Source: an uncultured Rickettsiales bacterium (GTDB taxonomy: Bacteria; Pseudomonadota; Alphaproteobacteria; Rickettsiales; UBA1997). Taken from it: a stretch of DNA of 46,191 nucleotides. Both the position numbers and the translations under genes were made by a program. Shown piece by piece: positions 18,167 to 28,157 of this stretch (positions are counted from its first letter, which is position 1; the number at the start of each line of letters is the position of its first letter). The notes under the pieces were generated by a model. The model searched no databases and was not told the DNA's origin. It saw only the letters and a list, made by a program, of their open reading frames with translations. The stretch covers positions 1 through 46,191 of the forward strand of contig CALXSB010000118.1 of the NCBI GenBank assembly GCA_944391005.1. The letters run 5' to 3'.

Positions 18167-19077
18167 AAATCTTTTTCTTTTATAGTTACTTGAATATATT
18201 GTCTAATTTCATTTAAATTGTTTAATACATACTCATTTAATTCTTTATTATTTTTTACATTTTTACCATTGTATATAATACAATGCAATGGTGTATTACT
18301 GTGGTAATATATATCGCAATTATTATTTAAAGACATTCTTATAGCAACGGGAATTGTTTCGTCAAATAAATATTTTTTACTTTGTTGTATAAATAAATCT
18401 TTAAAATCTATAACCTCACCTCTTCTTAATAGTCTATTACAAAATGTGTTTGCTTCAAAGTCATAACATCTGTTAATTAAACCATCGGATATTTTCATAG
18501 CAACTTTTAATTTGTTTTCTATATCTTTATATTTTGGATTATTATAGTAATGATTATAGGACATATATTCAAGTTTCGGCATTAAATCTGTTTCTTCAAA
18601 TATGGTTGTAATATCGTTATTAGTTTTAAAACTATCATCTATTTTCTTGTCATTAGAAAAAGAATTAATTCCATCTATATTTTTTAAAAGCCACTCTTTA
18701 CTTTCCTCTAAGCCATCTTGATATGATATATTATCAAACTCTTTTCTTATCTCTAATGGTATTAATTCTTCTTTGTCTATGTTGTGTTTTTTAAAATATT
18801 CAGCACAATGATTATAATAAAAAACATGACGTCTTAATGTATCACCAACCATTAATGTTAATTTATTAACTTTAAATTCTTTATCTTTATATTTTATAAT
18901 TTTACCCTTAAGAAGCTTTTGCAAATCGCTTATAATCATTTTAAAATTATCACCCATATAATAACTGTTTCCAAGGCTTATAAGTAATGTTAAAGTGATA
19001 TTATCAATATTGTTTTTATAGAATCCCTCCAATACTTCAGATAAATTTAAATAATTATAGTATAGTTTATTATCCAT
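18154..19077 (-). CDS. Candidate tRNA-dependent cyclodipeptide synthase (CDPS, NYH subfamily)
   Basis: Four motifs are collinear with AlbC-type CDPS. I-S34-L-G-N37-S-Y-Y corresponds to AlbC GISAGNSYF. MVGDT corresponds to YVDTH. Y236-LFD-E240 corresponds to Y178-x3-E182. Y258-H259-SN-TP corresponds to Y202-H203-ID-TP. The comparison is from memory and needs an HMM check. Confidence 0.55.
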   Translation of the reverse strand: MDNKLYYNYLNLSEVLEGFYKNNIDNITLTLLISLGNSYYMGDNFKMIISDLQKLLKGKIIKYKDKEFKVNKLTLMVGDTLRRHVFYYNHCAEYFKKHNIDKEELIPLEIRKEFDNISYQDGLEESKEWLLKNIDGINSFSNDKKIDDSFKTNNDITTIFEETDLMPKLEYMSYNHYYNNPKYKDIENKLKVAMKISDGLINRCYDFEANTFCNRLLRRGEVIDFKDLFIQQSKKYLFDETIPVAIRMSLNNNCDIYYHSNTPLHCIIYNGKNVKNNKELNEYVLNNLNEIRQYIQVTIKEKDFHSR

Positions 19078-19127
19078 TTTCTTTAAAAGTTTTTAATTTA
19101 ATAAATATTTATTCACACAATAAAAAT

Positions 19128-19156
19128 ATTATATGACATATTTAATAAAATTACAA
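19128..19156 (-). promoter_or_regulatory. Candidate sigma70 promoter for the CDPS-like gene
   Basis: On the minus strand: TTGTAA (19156-19151), 17-nt spacer, perfect TATAAT (19133-19128), about 50 nt before the ATG at 19077. Confidence 0.35.
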
Positions 19157-19259
19157 GCTATTTATTTTTATATAATTAATTATATAAAAATACTGCTTAT
19201 AATTAAAATTCATTTATATTATAAATTATAAACAATATTTTTATTTTTTCAATACAAAA

Positions 19260-20792
19260 CTATAAAGGTAAATTATCGTGCTTTTTTCTTGGCAATCCAA
19301 CTTTTTTATTTCTTAAAAACCTTAAAGAATCACAAATTCTTTTTCTAGTGTTTTGTGGGTGTATAATTTCGTCAATATAACCTCTTGATGCTGCATAGAA
19401 TGGAGTTGAAAATTGTTCTTTATATTCTTCAATTTTTTCTTCCCTATCCTTTCCCTCTAGATTTTTATAAATAATATTTATTGCTCCTTCTGCACCCATA
19501 ACTGCAATCTCTGCATTACTCCATGAATAGTTTATATCGCTTCTTAAATGCTTTGAATTCATAACTATATAAGCACCACCGTAAGCTTTTCTAGTAATAA
19601 CACTGATTTTTGGAACAGAAGATTCTGCATAAGCGTATAATAATTTTGCACCGTGATTAATAACTCCATTGTGTTCTTGATATTTACCTGGCAAAAATCC
19701 TGGGACATCAACAAGAGTAATTAAAGGTATATTAAATGCATCGCAAAATCTTATAAATCTTGCTCCTTTTCTTGAAGAATTTATATCTAAACTACCTGCT
19801 GCTTCTAATGGTTGGTTGGCAACTATACCAACAGTCCTGCCTTCCATTCTTGCAAATCCAACAACTATATTTTTTGCAAAATTTGGCTTTATTTCAAAAA
19901 AATCTCCCTCATCTACAATTTTATATATTAGTTCTTTAATATCATAGGCTTGACTTGGATTTTCAGGAACTAATGTATTTAATGAAGTATCAACTCTTTC
20001 AGCATCATCTTCTGTTTGTAAATATGGAGGTTGTTCTTCATTACTCAATGGTAAAAAGTTAAATAATCTTCTAATCTGCAATAGAGTTTCAATATCGTTG
20101 GAGTAAGAATTGTCAGCAACACCACTTATTTCAGTATGAACTTCTGCACCGCCTAATTCCTCTTTAGTTAATTCCTCATGAGTAACAGTTTTTACAACGT
20201 CTGGTCCAGTTAAAAACATATATGAATTATTGTCAACCATAAATGTAAAGTCAGTTAGTGCAGGAGCATAAACAGCACCACCAGCACATGGTCCCATAAT
20301 AACAGAAATTTGAGGTATGACACCTGAAGCATCAACTATTCTTTGAAAGATTCTACCAAAACCGCCAAGTGCATCAACACCTTCTTGTATTCTAGCACCA
20401 CCAGAATCATATAATCCAATTACAGGAGCTTTAGATTTCATGGCCATAGATATTATTTTTTCAATTTTTCTAGCATGTGCCTCTCCTAAAGATCCTCCGC
20501 TAACAGTAAAATCTTGTGCAAATACAAATACCATTCTTCCATTAATAGTGCCAGAACCTGTAACAACACCATCGCCAGGATATTTTTTTTCCTGCATGTT
20601 GAAATTGATACATCTATGTTCCATAAATATTCCAAATTCTTCAAAAGATCCATTGTCTAATAAAACTTCTATTCTTTCTCTAGCGGTTAATTTTCCTTGT
20701 TTATGTTGTTTTGCTATTTTTTCAGCTCCACCGCCCAAAAGAGCCTCTTCTCTTTTTTGATTAAATTTAACGTAATTCGTATTATTTAACAT
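19260..20792 (-). CDS. pccB: Propionyl-CoA carboxylase beta chain / acyl-CoA carboxyltransferase
   Basis: 510 aa and collinear with the PccB/MMCoA carboxyltransferase family throughout: [48 protein letters not shown]...[15 protein letters not shown]. Confidence 0.9.
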   Translation of the reverse strand: MLNNTNYVKFNQKREEALLGGGAEKIAKQHKQGKLTARERIEVLLDNGSFEEFGIFMEHRCINFNMQEKKYPGDGVVTGSGTINGRMVFVFAQDFTVSGGSLGEAHARKIEKIISMAMKSKAPVIGLYDSGGARIQEGVDALGGFGRIFQRIVDASGVIPQISVIMGPCAGGAVYAPALTDFTFMVDNNSYMFLTGPDVVKTVTHEELTKEELGGAEVHTEISGVADNSYSNDIETLLQIRRLFNFLPLSNEEQPPYLQTEDDAERVDTSLNTLVPENPSQAYDIKELIYKIVDEGDFFEIKPNFAKNIVVGFARMEGRTVGIVANQPLEAAGSLDINSSRKGARFIRFCDAFNIPLITLVDVPGFLPGKYQEHNGVINHGAKLLYAYAESSVPKISVITRKAYGGAYIVMNSKHLRSDINYSWSNAEIAVMGAEGAINIIYKNLEGKDREEKIEEYKEQFSTPFYAASRGYIDEIIHPQNTRKRICDSLRFLRNKKVGLPRKKHDNLPL

Positions 20793-20972
20793 AAATTTAT
20801 AAAACTTTTATTCCTTGTTAAAAGATTAATTAGATTTTTGAATTAATCAAGAAAAAAATATTTAATACAATATAATTAACAATTTTTAATATATTTTATT
20901 TTATTTTTTTTATTTTAAGTTGCTATGGTATAGCCTATCTATTTATAAACCAATACAATATTAATTTATTTA

Positions 20973-22217
20973 CTATACTATTTTTGCCCCATTAAACATA
21001 TTTGTTATATTTTGTATTAGATCATCATTTGATGTATTTTGTTGAATATTTGTTTCTTCATCCTGTAATTGTGAATTTTGATTTTTTAAAATATCATCAA
21101 GACTAGGTAATCTGCTGCCATAACAAACGTTTATAATTATTATATCCATAATTTTTTTTGCATCAAAATTATTTCTAAGTTCATTTTCTCCTTTTAAAAG
21201 AATTTTCCAAATCCTCATTAAAGAACTAAGGTTAATTTTGTCAATAGTGTTTTTTATAATATCAACTTGATCCGTTGGCAAATGGGCTGTTTCAAAAAAG
21301 TTTGTTAAAGTTTTTGCCATTATCATATTATGATTTACGTTTAATAGATCCTGCATTAGTGCATTGATATCTAGAGAATAGGAGTATATATTTTCAAACT
21401 GCTGCAATGCCTTCTCAGAATCTCCTTCCAGCATGCTTAAGAATAAATCATATATATTTTTTTTACTGCTTAAACCTAGCATTTCTGATACAGTTTTTTC
21501 TGTTAAAACTTTTTCATAATTGTTATAACTTAGTGCTCTATCTAGTAATGATAGAGAATCTCTAACAGATCCTTCTGCAAAGCTTGACAATACAGACAAA
21601 GCTCCATCCTCAACCTCATAACCTTCTTTTTGGCATATATTCGCTATATGGGATTTAACCTCGTCAAAACTAAGTCGTCTTAAATCAAACCTTTGACATC
21701 TTGATAAAATTGTAATTGGAACTTTTCTAATTTCTGTTGTAGCAAAAATAAATTTTATATAGGATGGTGGTTCTTCCAATGTTTTTAACAGTGCATTAAA
21801 AGCACTTTTTGAAAGCATATGAACTTCATCTATTATAAATATTTTATATCTTGAATTAACCGGTCCATAGGCAGTGCTTTCTATTATTTGTCTAATATCA
21901 TCAACACCTGTATGGCTGGCAGCATCAAACTCTATAACATCTTGATCGCTAGAGTTTGCAATTGCCTTGCAATGTTCGCATTCTCCGCATGCATCAATAG
22001 TTGCACCATCGCTATGGGAACAATTTAGAGATTTAGCAATTAATCTTGCTGTTGTTGTTTTTCCAATACCTCTTATGCCTGTTAATATAAAGGCATGATG
22101 AATTTTATTGTTTTTAATTTCATTTGATAAAGTTTGAACTAGTGCTGGCTGTCCAACTAATTCCGAAAATTTCTGAGGCCTATATTTTCTTGCTAAAACT
22201 TGATATTGTTTTTCCAT
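20973..22217 (-). CDS. dnaX: DNA polymerase III subunit gamma/tau (short, 414 aa)
   Basis: YRPQKFSELVGQ, Walker A GIRGIGKTTTARL, Zn module CGECEHC, DEVHML, SRCQRF. Confidence 0.92.
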   Translation of the reverse strand: MEKQYQVLARKYRPQKFSELVGQPALVQTLSNEIKNNKIHHAFILTGIRGIGKTTTARLIAKSLNCSHSDGATIDACGECEHCKAIANSSDQDVIEFDAASHTGVDDIRQIIESTAYGPVNSRYKIFIIDEVHMLSKSAFNALLKTLEEPPSYIKFIFATTEIRKVPITILSRCQRFDLRRLSFDEVKSHIANICQKEGYEVEDGALSVLSSFAEGSVRDSLSLLDRALSYNNYEKVLTEKTVSEMLGLSSKKNIYDLFLSMLEGDSEKALQQFENIYSYSLDINALMQDLLNVNHNMIMAKTLTNFFETAHLPTDQVDIIKNTIDKINLSSLMRIWKILLKGENELRNNFDAKKIMDIIIINVCYGSRLPSLDDILKNQNSQLQDEETNIQQNTSNDDLIQNITNMFNGAKIV

Positions 22218-22451
22218 TTTATTATTAATTTTTTATACAAGAATAATATAGTAATATTTTTTTTAAAATCAAATTAAAAACTAATAATTTTTAACTACTT
22301 TAATTGTATTTTTGATTAAAGTAATAATTAAAAATAACCATTGGTATTTTTTATAACTAATTACAATAAAAAAATCATAAAATTGATTTTTTTCTTGATT
22401 TTAGTTTTATTAAGAATAATAATATTAATATATAATATATTATATAGAGTT

Positions 22452-22751
22452 ATGGCAGGTGGAAGAATTGATAATGATCCTTTATTTTTAGGACTTACAA
22501 GACCAAGTATGATATTAGGTGTTACCTATGTATTTGCTGGTATGAATGCTCTTGCTTCTCTTATGTTATTTGTTATGACAAGTAATTTCGTTTATCTATT
22601 AGTAGTGTTGCCAACATTACACGGTATAGCATATTTGATATGTTTAAAGGAACCTTTAACACTAGAGATGATTATAATGAAAACAAGTAATTTTATGAAA
22701 TGCAAGAATAAAACTTTTTATGATGGCACGAACTCTTATGATGTTTATTAA
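22452..22751 (+). CDS. virB3: Type IV secretion system protein VirB3
   Basis: Start trimmed to MAGGRIDNDPLFLGLTRPSMILGV (VirB3 LFxGLTRP motif), followed by two TM helices. About 99 aa, directly upstream of virB4. Confidence 0.85.
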   Translation: MAGGRIDNDPLFLGLTRPSMILGVTYVFAGMNALASLMLFVMTSNFVYLLVVLPTLHGIAYLICLKEPLTLEMIIMKTSNFMKCKNKTFYDGTNSYDVY

Positions 22752-22768
22752 ATGGGTTTATATATATT

Positions 22769-25162
22769 ATGATGAAGCTTAGTATTACGCAACCGCCAAA
22801 AGAAAAATATTTTAAATGGGAGACATCAGAGTCTATCTATATCCCATATAAAAGCTTTTGGAATTCTAATACTGTATTGCTTAAAGATAATTCAATGTTG
22901 AGAGTTATAAAAGTTAGAGGATTTTCTTTTGAAACTGCAGATGATGAAGATATTGATATAAAAAAACAAGCTAGAAATAATTTAATGAAAGGTATGTCGT
23001 CAGGTAATTTGGCGATGTGGTTTCATACTATTAGAAGAAGAAGAGAGGCATTTCCAGAAGGTGAAATGTCAAATGTATTCACAAAAAAAGTTAATGATGA
23101 ATGGAGACAGAGACATGATGGTAATAGATGTTTTATAAATGAACATTACATTACGATTATAAGAAAAGAAGACAAGGGTGGTTTAGCTACTATAGCAGCG
23201 TTAGCAAAAAAATTAAGAAACAAGGCTGATTCTGCTGCTGCAGGACGTGATATGAAGGAAAGTTTTAGCGAACTAGAAGAATTGACAGGCAGAGTTTTAA
23301 ACGGTTTATCAAACTATGTTCCAGACCTATTGGATATTAAAGAAACAAATAATGGAATATTCTCTGAAGTTTGTTCTTTTCTTGGATCAATTGTAAATTG
23401 TGGTTATACGCAAAATTATAGATTTATTCCTTATGGGCTTGATAAATATTTGCCAATTAATAAACTATATTTTGGTTCAAAGAATTTTGAAGTGAGATTC
23501 CCATTTGAAACAAAGTATGGTGGAATGGTTTCACTTAAAGAATATAGATCTGCTACTAACGCCGGAATGTTGGATGGATTTTTACAATTACCTTTTGAAT
23601 TTATTATTGCACAGTCATTTCAATTTGTTAATAGAATGATTGCCATTTCAAGTATGCAATTGCAACAGAGAAGAATGATTCAGGCAGAGGATGTTGCTGT
23701 ATCACAGATACAAGAAATTGATGAAGCTTTAGACGCCGCCATGAGTGGAACATTTGCTTTTGGAAAGCATCATTTGACTGTTATGTGTCTTGATGATAGT
23801 ATAAAAAGTGTTGAAAATGCTTTATCAATGGTTATAGTTGAGTTGTCAAATGTTGGTATAATGGCAGTTAGAGAAAAAATTAATATGGAGGCAGCTTTTT
23901 GGTGCCAATTACCAGGTAATTTTAATTATATAGTTAGGGCAGCAACAATTAATACATTAAATTTAGCAAGCTTTGCATCGTTCCATAATTATCCGTCAGG
24001 AAAAATAAAAAATAATCATTGGGGACCTGCTGTTACTGTTTTGAATACGGTATCCGGAACTCCATACTTTTTTAGTTTTCATGTTAGAGACGTTGGACAT
24101 ACAATGATAATTGGTCCTACTGGTGGTGGTAAAACTGTTACAATGAACTTTCTTTGTGCACAATCTCAAAAATTCAATTGTAGAATGTTCTTTTTTGATA
24201 AAGATAGAGGTGCGGAAATATTCATTAGGGCTTTAGGTGGTAAATATTCAATAATTGATTCAAGTAAGGTTTCAGGATTTAATCCACTGGCATTACCGGA
24301 AACAAGTGAAAATAAAGCATTTTTGAATGAATGGTTGAGAGCTTTAGTTACGGTTAATGGAGAACAAATAACTGCAACAGATATAGCTATTATAAATGAA
24401 GCTGTCAATGGTAATTACAAGCTTCCACCAAATAAAAGAATTTTAAGAAATATAGCACCATTTTTAGGAATGTCCGGTCCTGGAACATTAGCAGGGCGTC
24501 TTGAAATGTGGCATTCTGATGGTTCTCACGCCAAACTATTTGATAATGAAAAAGATGTTATTGACTTTTTTTCTGCCAAGGCGTTTGGTTTTGAAATGGC
24601 GGAAGTATTAAAGGACAAAGTTAGTATTGGACCAGTGCTTTTGTATTTATTTCACAGAATTAATAGCTCTCTTGATGGAACTCCAACAATGATTATTCTT
24701 GATGAAGCATGGGCTTTAATTGATAATCCAATATTTGCACCAAAAATTAAAGATTGGCTAAAGGTTTTGAGAAAATTAAATGCTTTTGTGGTATTTGCTA
24801 CACAATCCGTTGAAGATGCTACTAAATCTAGTATTTCTGATACTTTAGTTCAACAGACTGCAACACAAATATATCTGCCAAATTTAAGAGCGACGGAAGT
24901 TTACAAAACGGCTTTTATGTTGTCAGAAAGAGAATTTCAGCTTGTAAAAACTACAGATCCGGGAACTAGATATTTTTTGATAAAGCAGGATAACGGTGGC
25001 GTTATTGCAAGAGTTGATTTATCAGGTATGACTGATGTTATAAATGTATTATCTGGAAGAGCGGAAACTGTCTTATTATTGGATGATATAATTAGAGAGA
25101 TTGGAAGTGATAAGCCAGAAGATTGGTTGCCTATTTTTTATAAAAGAGTGAGGAAAATATGA
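22769..25162 (+). CDS. virB4: Type IV secretion system ATPase VirB4
   Basis: 797 aa. Walker A GPTGGGKT, Walker B MIILDEAW, FATQS. The CagE/TrbE/VirB4 layout holds throughout. Confidence 0.95.
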   Translation: MMKLSITQPPKEKYFKWETSESIYIPYKSFWNSNTVLLKDNSMLRVIKVRGFSFETADDEDIDIKKQARNNLMKGMSSGNLAMWFHTIRRRREAFPEGEMSNVFTKKVNDEWRQRHDGNRCFINEHYITIIRKEDKGGLATIAALAKKLRNKADSAAAGRDMKESFSELEELTGRVLNGLSNYVPDLLDIKETNNGIFSEVCSFLGSIVNCGYTQNYRFIPYGLDKYLPINKLYFGSKNFEVRFPFETKYGGMVSLKEYRSATNAGMLDGFLQLPFEFIIAQSFQFVNRMIAISSMQLQQRRMIQAEDVAVSQIQEIDEALDAAMSGTFAFGKHHLTVMCLDDSIKSVENALSMVIVELSNVGIMAVREKINMEAAFWCQLPGNFNYIVRAATINTLNLASFASFHNYPSGKIKNNHWGPAVTVLNTVSGTPYFFSFHVRDVGHTMIIGPTGGGKTVTMNFLCAQSQKFNCRMFFFDKDRGAEIFIRALGGKYSIIDSSKVSGFNPLALPETSENKAFLNEWLRALVTVNGEQITATDIAIINEAVNGNYKLPPNKRILRNIAPFLGMSGPGTLAGRLEMWHSDGSHAKLFDNEKDVIDFFSAKAFGFEMAEVLKDKVSIGPVLLYLFHRINSSLDGTPTMIILDEAWALIDNPIFAPKIKDWLKVLRKLNAFVVFATQSVEDATKSSISDTLVQQTATQIYLPNLRATEVYKTAFMLSEREFQLVKTTDPGTRYFLIKQDNGGVIARVDLSGMTDVINVLSGRAETVLLLDDIIREIGSDKPEDWLPIFYKRVRKI

Positions 25163-28146
25163 TATTTAAAAAAACCCTTAAAGATATTATAACTATTTTT
25201 ATTATAAGCACAACTCTTACAACGGCTTGTTTTGAAAGTGCTTTTGCATTATCTGACCGAACTAAAGAAACGCGATATTCTGTTACCACAAGAGATGATG
25301 GTGTAAAAATTTTTGAAAGTTCTATTGGTGGGTTAAATATTTTACCTTATCTTTCAGAAACTTCTGGTGGAGATTTATCTGTTGAGCTATCTAATCCATA
25401 TTGTTTGTCATATACAGCAATATATGCTATCGTTATGTATGCTGGAAATTGGGCTGTTAGATTGACTGCCACTGGAATTCTTCTTAATATGGCGGTAATA
25501 ATATATGGTATTGCAGCTTCAAAATTTAATAAATATGAAATTTGCGGAGCTGATTGGCTAAATTGGGGAAGCAATGAAGATGTAGATGCCACAGCCTTAT
25601 CCAATATTAAAAGGTATTATCCCTCTAAAGGTGCGTTTGGCGGATCTAGAAAATTTAGAGTTCAAGAATGTGTTAGCGATATTAGCAAATGCACTTCTGA
25701 TTTAGTTGATAAAAGTTTTATTAGTAAGAGCGGAAGAACAAGATTAAATATAAATGATAAAGCCTATAGAGAAAGAATATATGATGGTGAAGAGGTTGCT
25801 AATACAAATTGTAGAGATCCTCGTGAAGAAGCTAAAGGATATGATGTAAATCAAGATTTAGTTGCAAGAGGTGAGACGCCATATCAATTGTATTATATGA
25901 GAGGGTTTGAGAAAGGAAATTATGCCTGCGACAGATTTTTAGTTGGCAAGCAAGAAGAAGGTGATGAATTTGATCAAGCTTATGATTGCTGTGTTGAAGC
26001 AAGTAGAAGCGTATGCATAAGGCAAAAGACAGGCTTGCTTAGTGATGTAAAATTTTGTTCAATTGATGAAAAAATATGTGATTTTAATGGCGTTGAGATT
26101 GAAATTTTTGCTGGTGAAGATGGAACAAACGATAAATATTGTGCTAGAACCTATAGTCTTTGTCCATATAATTTTAATTTTCAACACGGAACTGAAAAAA
26201 AATTATCTTTCGATTCAAGTGCTACAACTGATGGAAGCGATGGAGTAACAGTAGAAAACGAATGCTATGATGCATCTAATGATGAAACGCTTTCTTGTCA
26301 AGGAAGAATAAAGAATTTTTACCAATACAATAGACATTGCACTATGGTTGAAGAATACGTTGAAGTTCCAGAAGACATAAATGAATCATATCCTCCATAT
26401 GTTGATAAATCATGTATAAACTTTGTTGGCAGTTCACATAATCATATTGACGGCGATTATAAAAGCTATAATGGTTATGATAAAATGTTTAAGACCTACA
26501 ATTCATTTACAGCACCTATTGCTGAATGTTTAACAGAAACATTGAAGAATTTTTTATTTAATAAGGCTGGCCATACTATATGTCAAAAGGAAGGAGAAAG
26601 ACCGAATAGTGAAGAGACGTGTCCAGGTGGTGTTTATGTAACAAAAGGTGATGATTTATTTAAAGTTCAGAGTATATCTTCTCCAACTATGACACTATTA
26701 TCTCGTATTCATACATTAATAATGTTGACTTTGGTATTAATGATAACAATATATGGATTCAATCTTTTAACTAATGTAGATAAATTTCATAGAAGAGACA
26801 TGGTTATAATGTTATTAAAAGTTGTTATTGTTGTTGCTTTTTCAGCTGATGATTGGTGGTATAAACAGATATTTCAATTTACATATGGATTCTCAAATAC
26901 ACTTTCTACAATAACTGGTAAGTTTGGTTTTGATGACACAAAGAGTGCAAAGAAAGAAAGTAGCGACACAGGAGATTCTTTGTTAGGAAGCGATGAGGAA
27001 TATATAAAATATGATGGATGTTATTTTGGAGATCCGCAAAATTTATTAACAGATGAAAATACGACTATATATTTATCAAATAATTATTCGGCATATCCAG
27101 TAGATAGAAGGTATGTCGCATTTTTTGATACGCTTGATTGTAAAATTAATAAATATTTAGGAGTTGGTATGGGTCTAGATGCACCTAATATAATGATGAT
27201 GTTAGGTATATCTCTTATATGGCCGTTTAATATTGGTATCTATTTAGCTGTTGCTACTTTATTATTAGCATTCTTTGCAATTAATTTTGCAATAAAGGCT
27301 GTTTATATATTTGTGGTTTCATCAGTAGCAATGGCCTTGATGCTATATCTAGCCCCAATAATGATACCTTGTATTTTATTCAGAAGAACACATAAAATAT
27401 TCCAAAATTGGCTAAAAAATTTAATAAGTTTTGCTCTGCAACCAATGGTTTTATTCCTATTCGTTGGAATGGCAATTACTGTTATGGATAAATATACTTT
27501 AGGTGATGGTTTATTTGTAGGAAGTGGTATGAATAAAGAATTAGTATGTGGATATGCTTGTATAAGTGATGCTGGAACAGTTATTGATTATACAAACTCT
27601 AGGGGTAGCAGTGTTCTTACGGAATTTACAGAAACTTGTACTAGTGGCGAAGAAAATCAAATACTTGATTTAAAAAGAAATAGTGTATTGTGTTTCTTAA
27701 ATAATATGACAAGCAGTCCTTGGGCATTACTACAGGCATTTGGAATTTTTATTCCAATTCTTAAGGATATATTTTTATCGGATGTTTTAAGCTTTTTAAG
27801 AGTAGCATTTTTGTTCTTTATACTGACACAGGTTCTGAATACTATACCTGGTATTGCTGCAAACTTAACTGGTGGTAAAGAATTGCCTGGAACTAAGGCT
27901 GGAGATCCATTTGAACTCTATAAAAAAGCTGTTGATATTACAAAAGCTCTTTCAAGAGGATTTAAAGGTGCCGTTTCTAAATATGGTGGCGGCTTTACAA
28001 AATGGGGATATGATAAAATTAATAAGTTAAAAGATTACGTTAGTGAAAATAATGAAGCTAAAGAAAGAGCTGAGAAAAGAGGTAATGGCCCTCAAGGAAA
28101 TGGTGGCGATGTTGGCGTTGAAAAAACTGAACAAAAAACAAATTAA
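25159..28146 (+). CDS. virB6: Expanded VirB6/TrbL-family T4SS channel protein (paralogue 1, 995 aa)
   Basis: ATGA overlap with the virB4 stop. Signal peptide and a Cys-rich N-domain. The polytopic core APIMIPCILFRRTHKIFQNWLKNLISFALQPMVLFLF matches the A. tumefaciens VirB6 region PLILVGYIFDRTRDIAAKWIGQLITYGLL. Confidence 0.75.
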   Translation: MIFKKTLKDIITIFIISTTLTTACFESAFALSDRTKETRYSVTTRDDGVKIFESSIGGLNILPYLSETSGGDLSVELSNPYCLSYTAIYAIVMYAGNWAVRLTATGILLNMAVIIYGIAASKFNKYEICGADWLNWGSNEDVDATALSNIKRYYPSKGAFGGSRKFRVQECVSDISKCTSDLVDKSFISKSGRTRLNINDKAYRERIYDGEEVANTNCRDPREEAKGYDVNQDLVARGETPYQLYYMRGFEKGNYACDRFLVGKQEEGDEFDQAYDCCVEASRSVCIRQKTGLLSDVKFCSIDEKICDFNGVEIEIFAGEDGTNDKYCARTYSLCPYNFNFQHGTEKKLSFDSSATTDGSDGVTVENECYDASNDETLSCQGRIKNFYQYNRHCTMVEEYVEVPEDINESYPPYVDKSCINFVGSSHNHIDGDYKSYNGYDKMFKTYNSFTAPIAECLTETLKNFLFNKAGHTICQKEGERPNSEETCPGGVYVTKGDDLFKVQSISSPTMTLLSRIHTLIMLTLVLMITIYGFNLLTNVDKFHRRDMVIMLLKVVIVVAFSADDWWYKQIFQFTYGFSNTLSTITGKFGFDDTKSAKKESSDTGDSLLGSDEEYIKYDGCYFGDPQNLLTDENTTIYLSNNYSAYPVDRRYVAFFDTLDCKINKYLGVGMGLDAPNIMMMLGISLIWPFNIGIYLAVATLLLAFFAINFAIKAVYIFVVSSVAMALMLYLAPIMIPCILFRRTHKIFQNWLKNLISFALQPMVLFLFVGMAITVMDKYTLGDGLFVGSGMNKELVCGYACISDAGTVIDYTNSRGSSVLTEFTETCTSGEENQILDLKRNSVLCFLNNMTSSPWALLQAFGIFIPILKDIFLSDVLSFLRVAFLFFILTQVLNTIPGIAANLTGGKELPGTKAGDPFELYKKAVDITKALSRGFKGAVSKYGGGFTKWGYDKINKLKDYVSENNEAKERAEKRGNGPQGNGGDVGVEKTEQKTN

Positions 28147-28157
28147 AGGAGAGTAAA

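Noticed and set aside
20826-20850. Hairpin gattaatt-N9-aattaatc downstream of dnaX as a terminator
   Set aside because: It is an 8-bp all-A/T stem with a 9-nt loop, thermodynamically too weak and too likely by chance in this composition to call.
22341-22451. N-terminal extension of the virB3 ORF (MVFFITNYNKKIIKL...). Similar extensions occur for mlaC (797-850), dgkA (4943-5017) and the ABC ATPase (12713-12760).
   Set aside because: The extensions are AT-rich read-through of upstream spacers or neighbouring genes. Internal ATGs give products that start exactly where the homologous families start, and for mlaC the start also has a signal peptide and a Shine-Dalgarno sequence.
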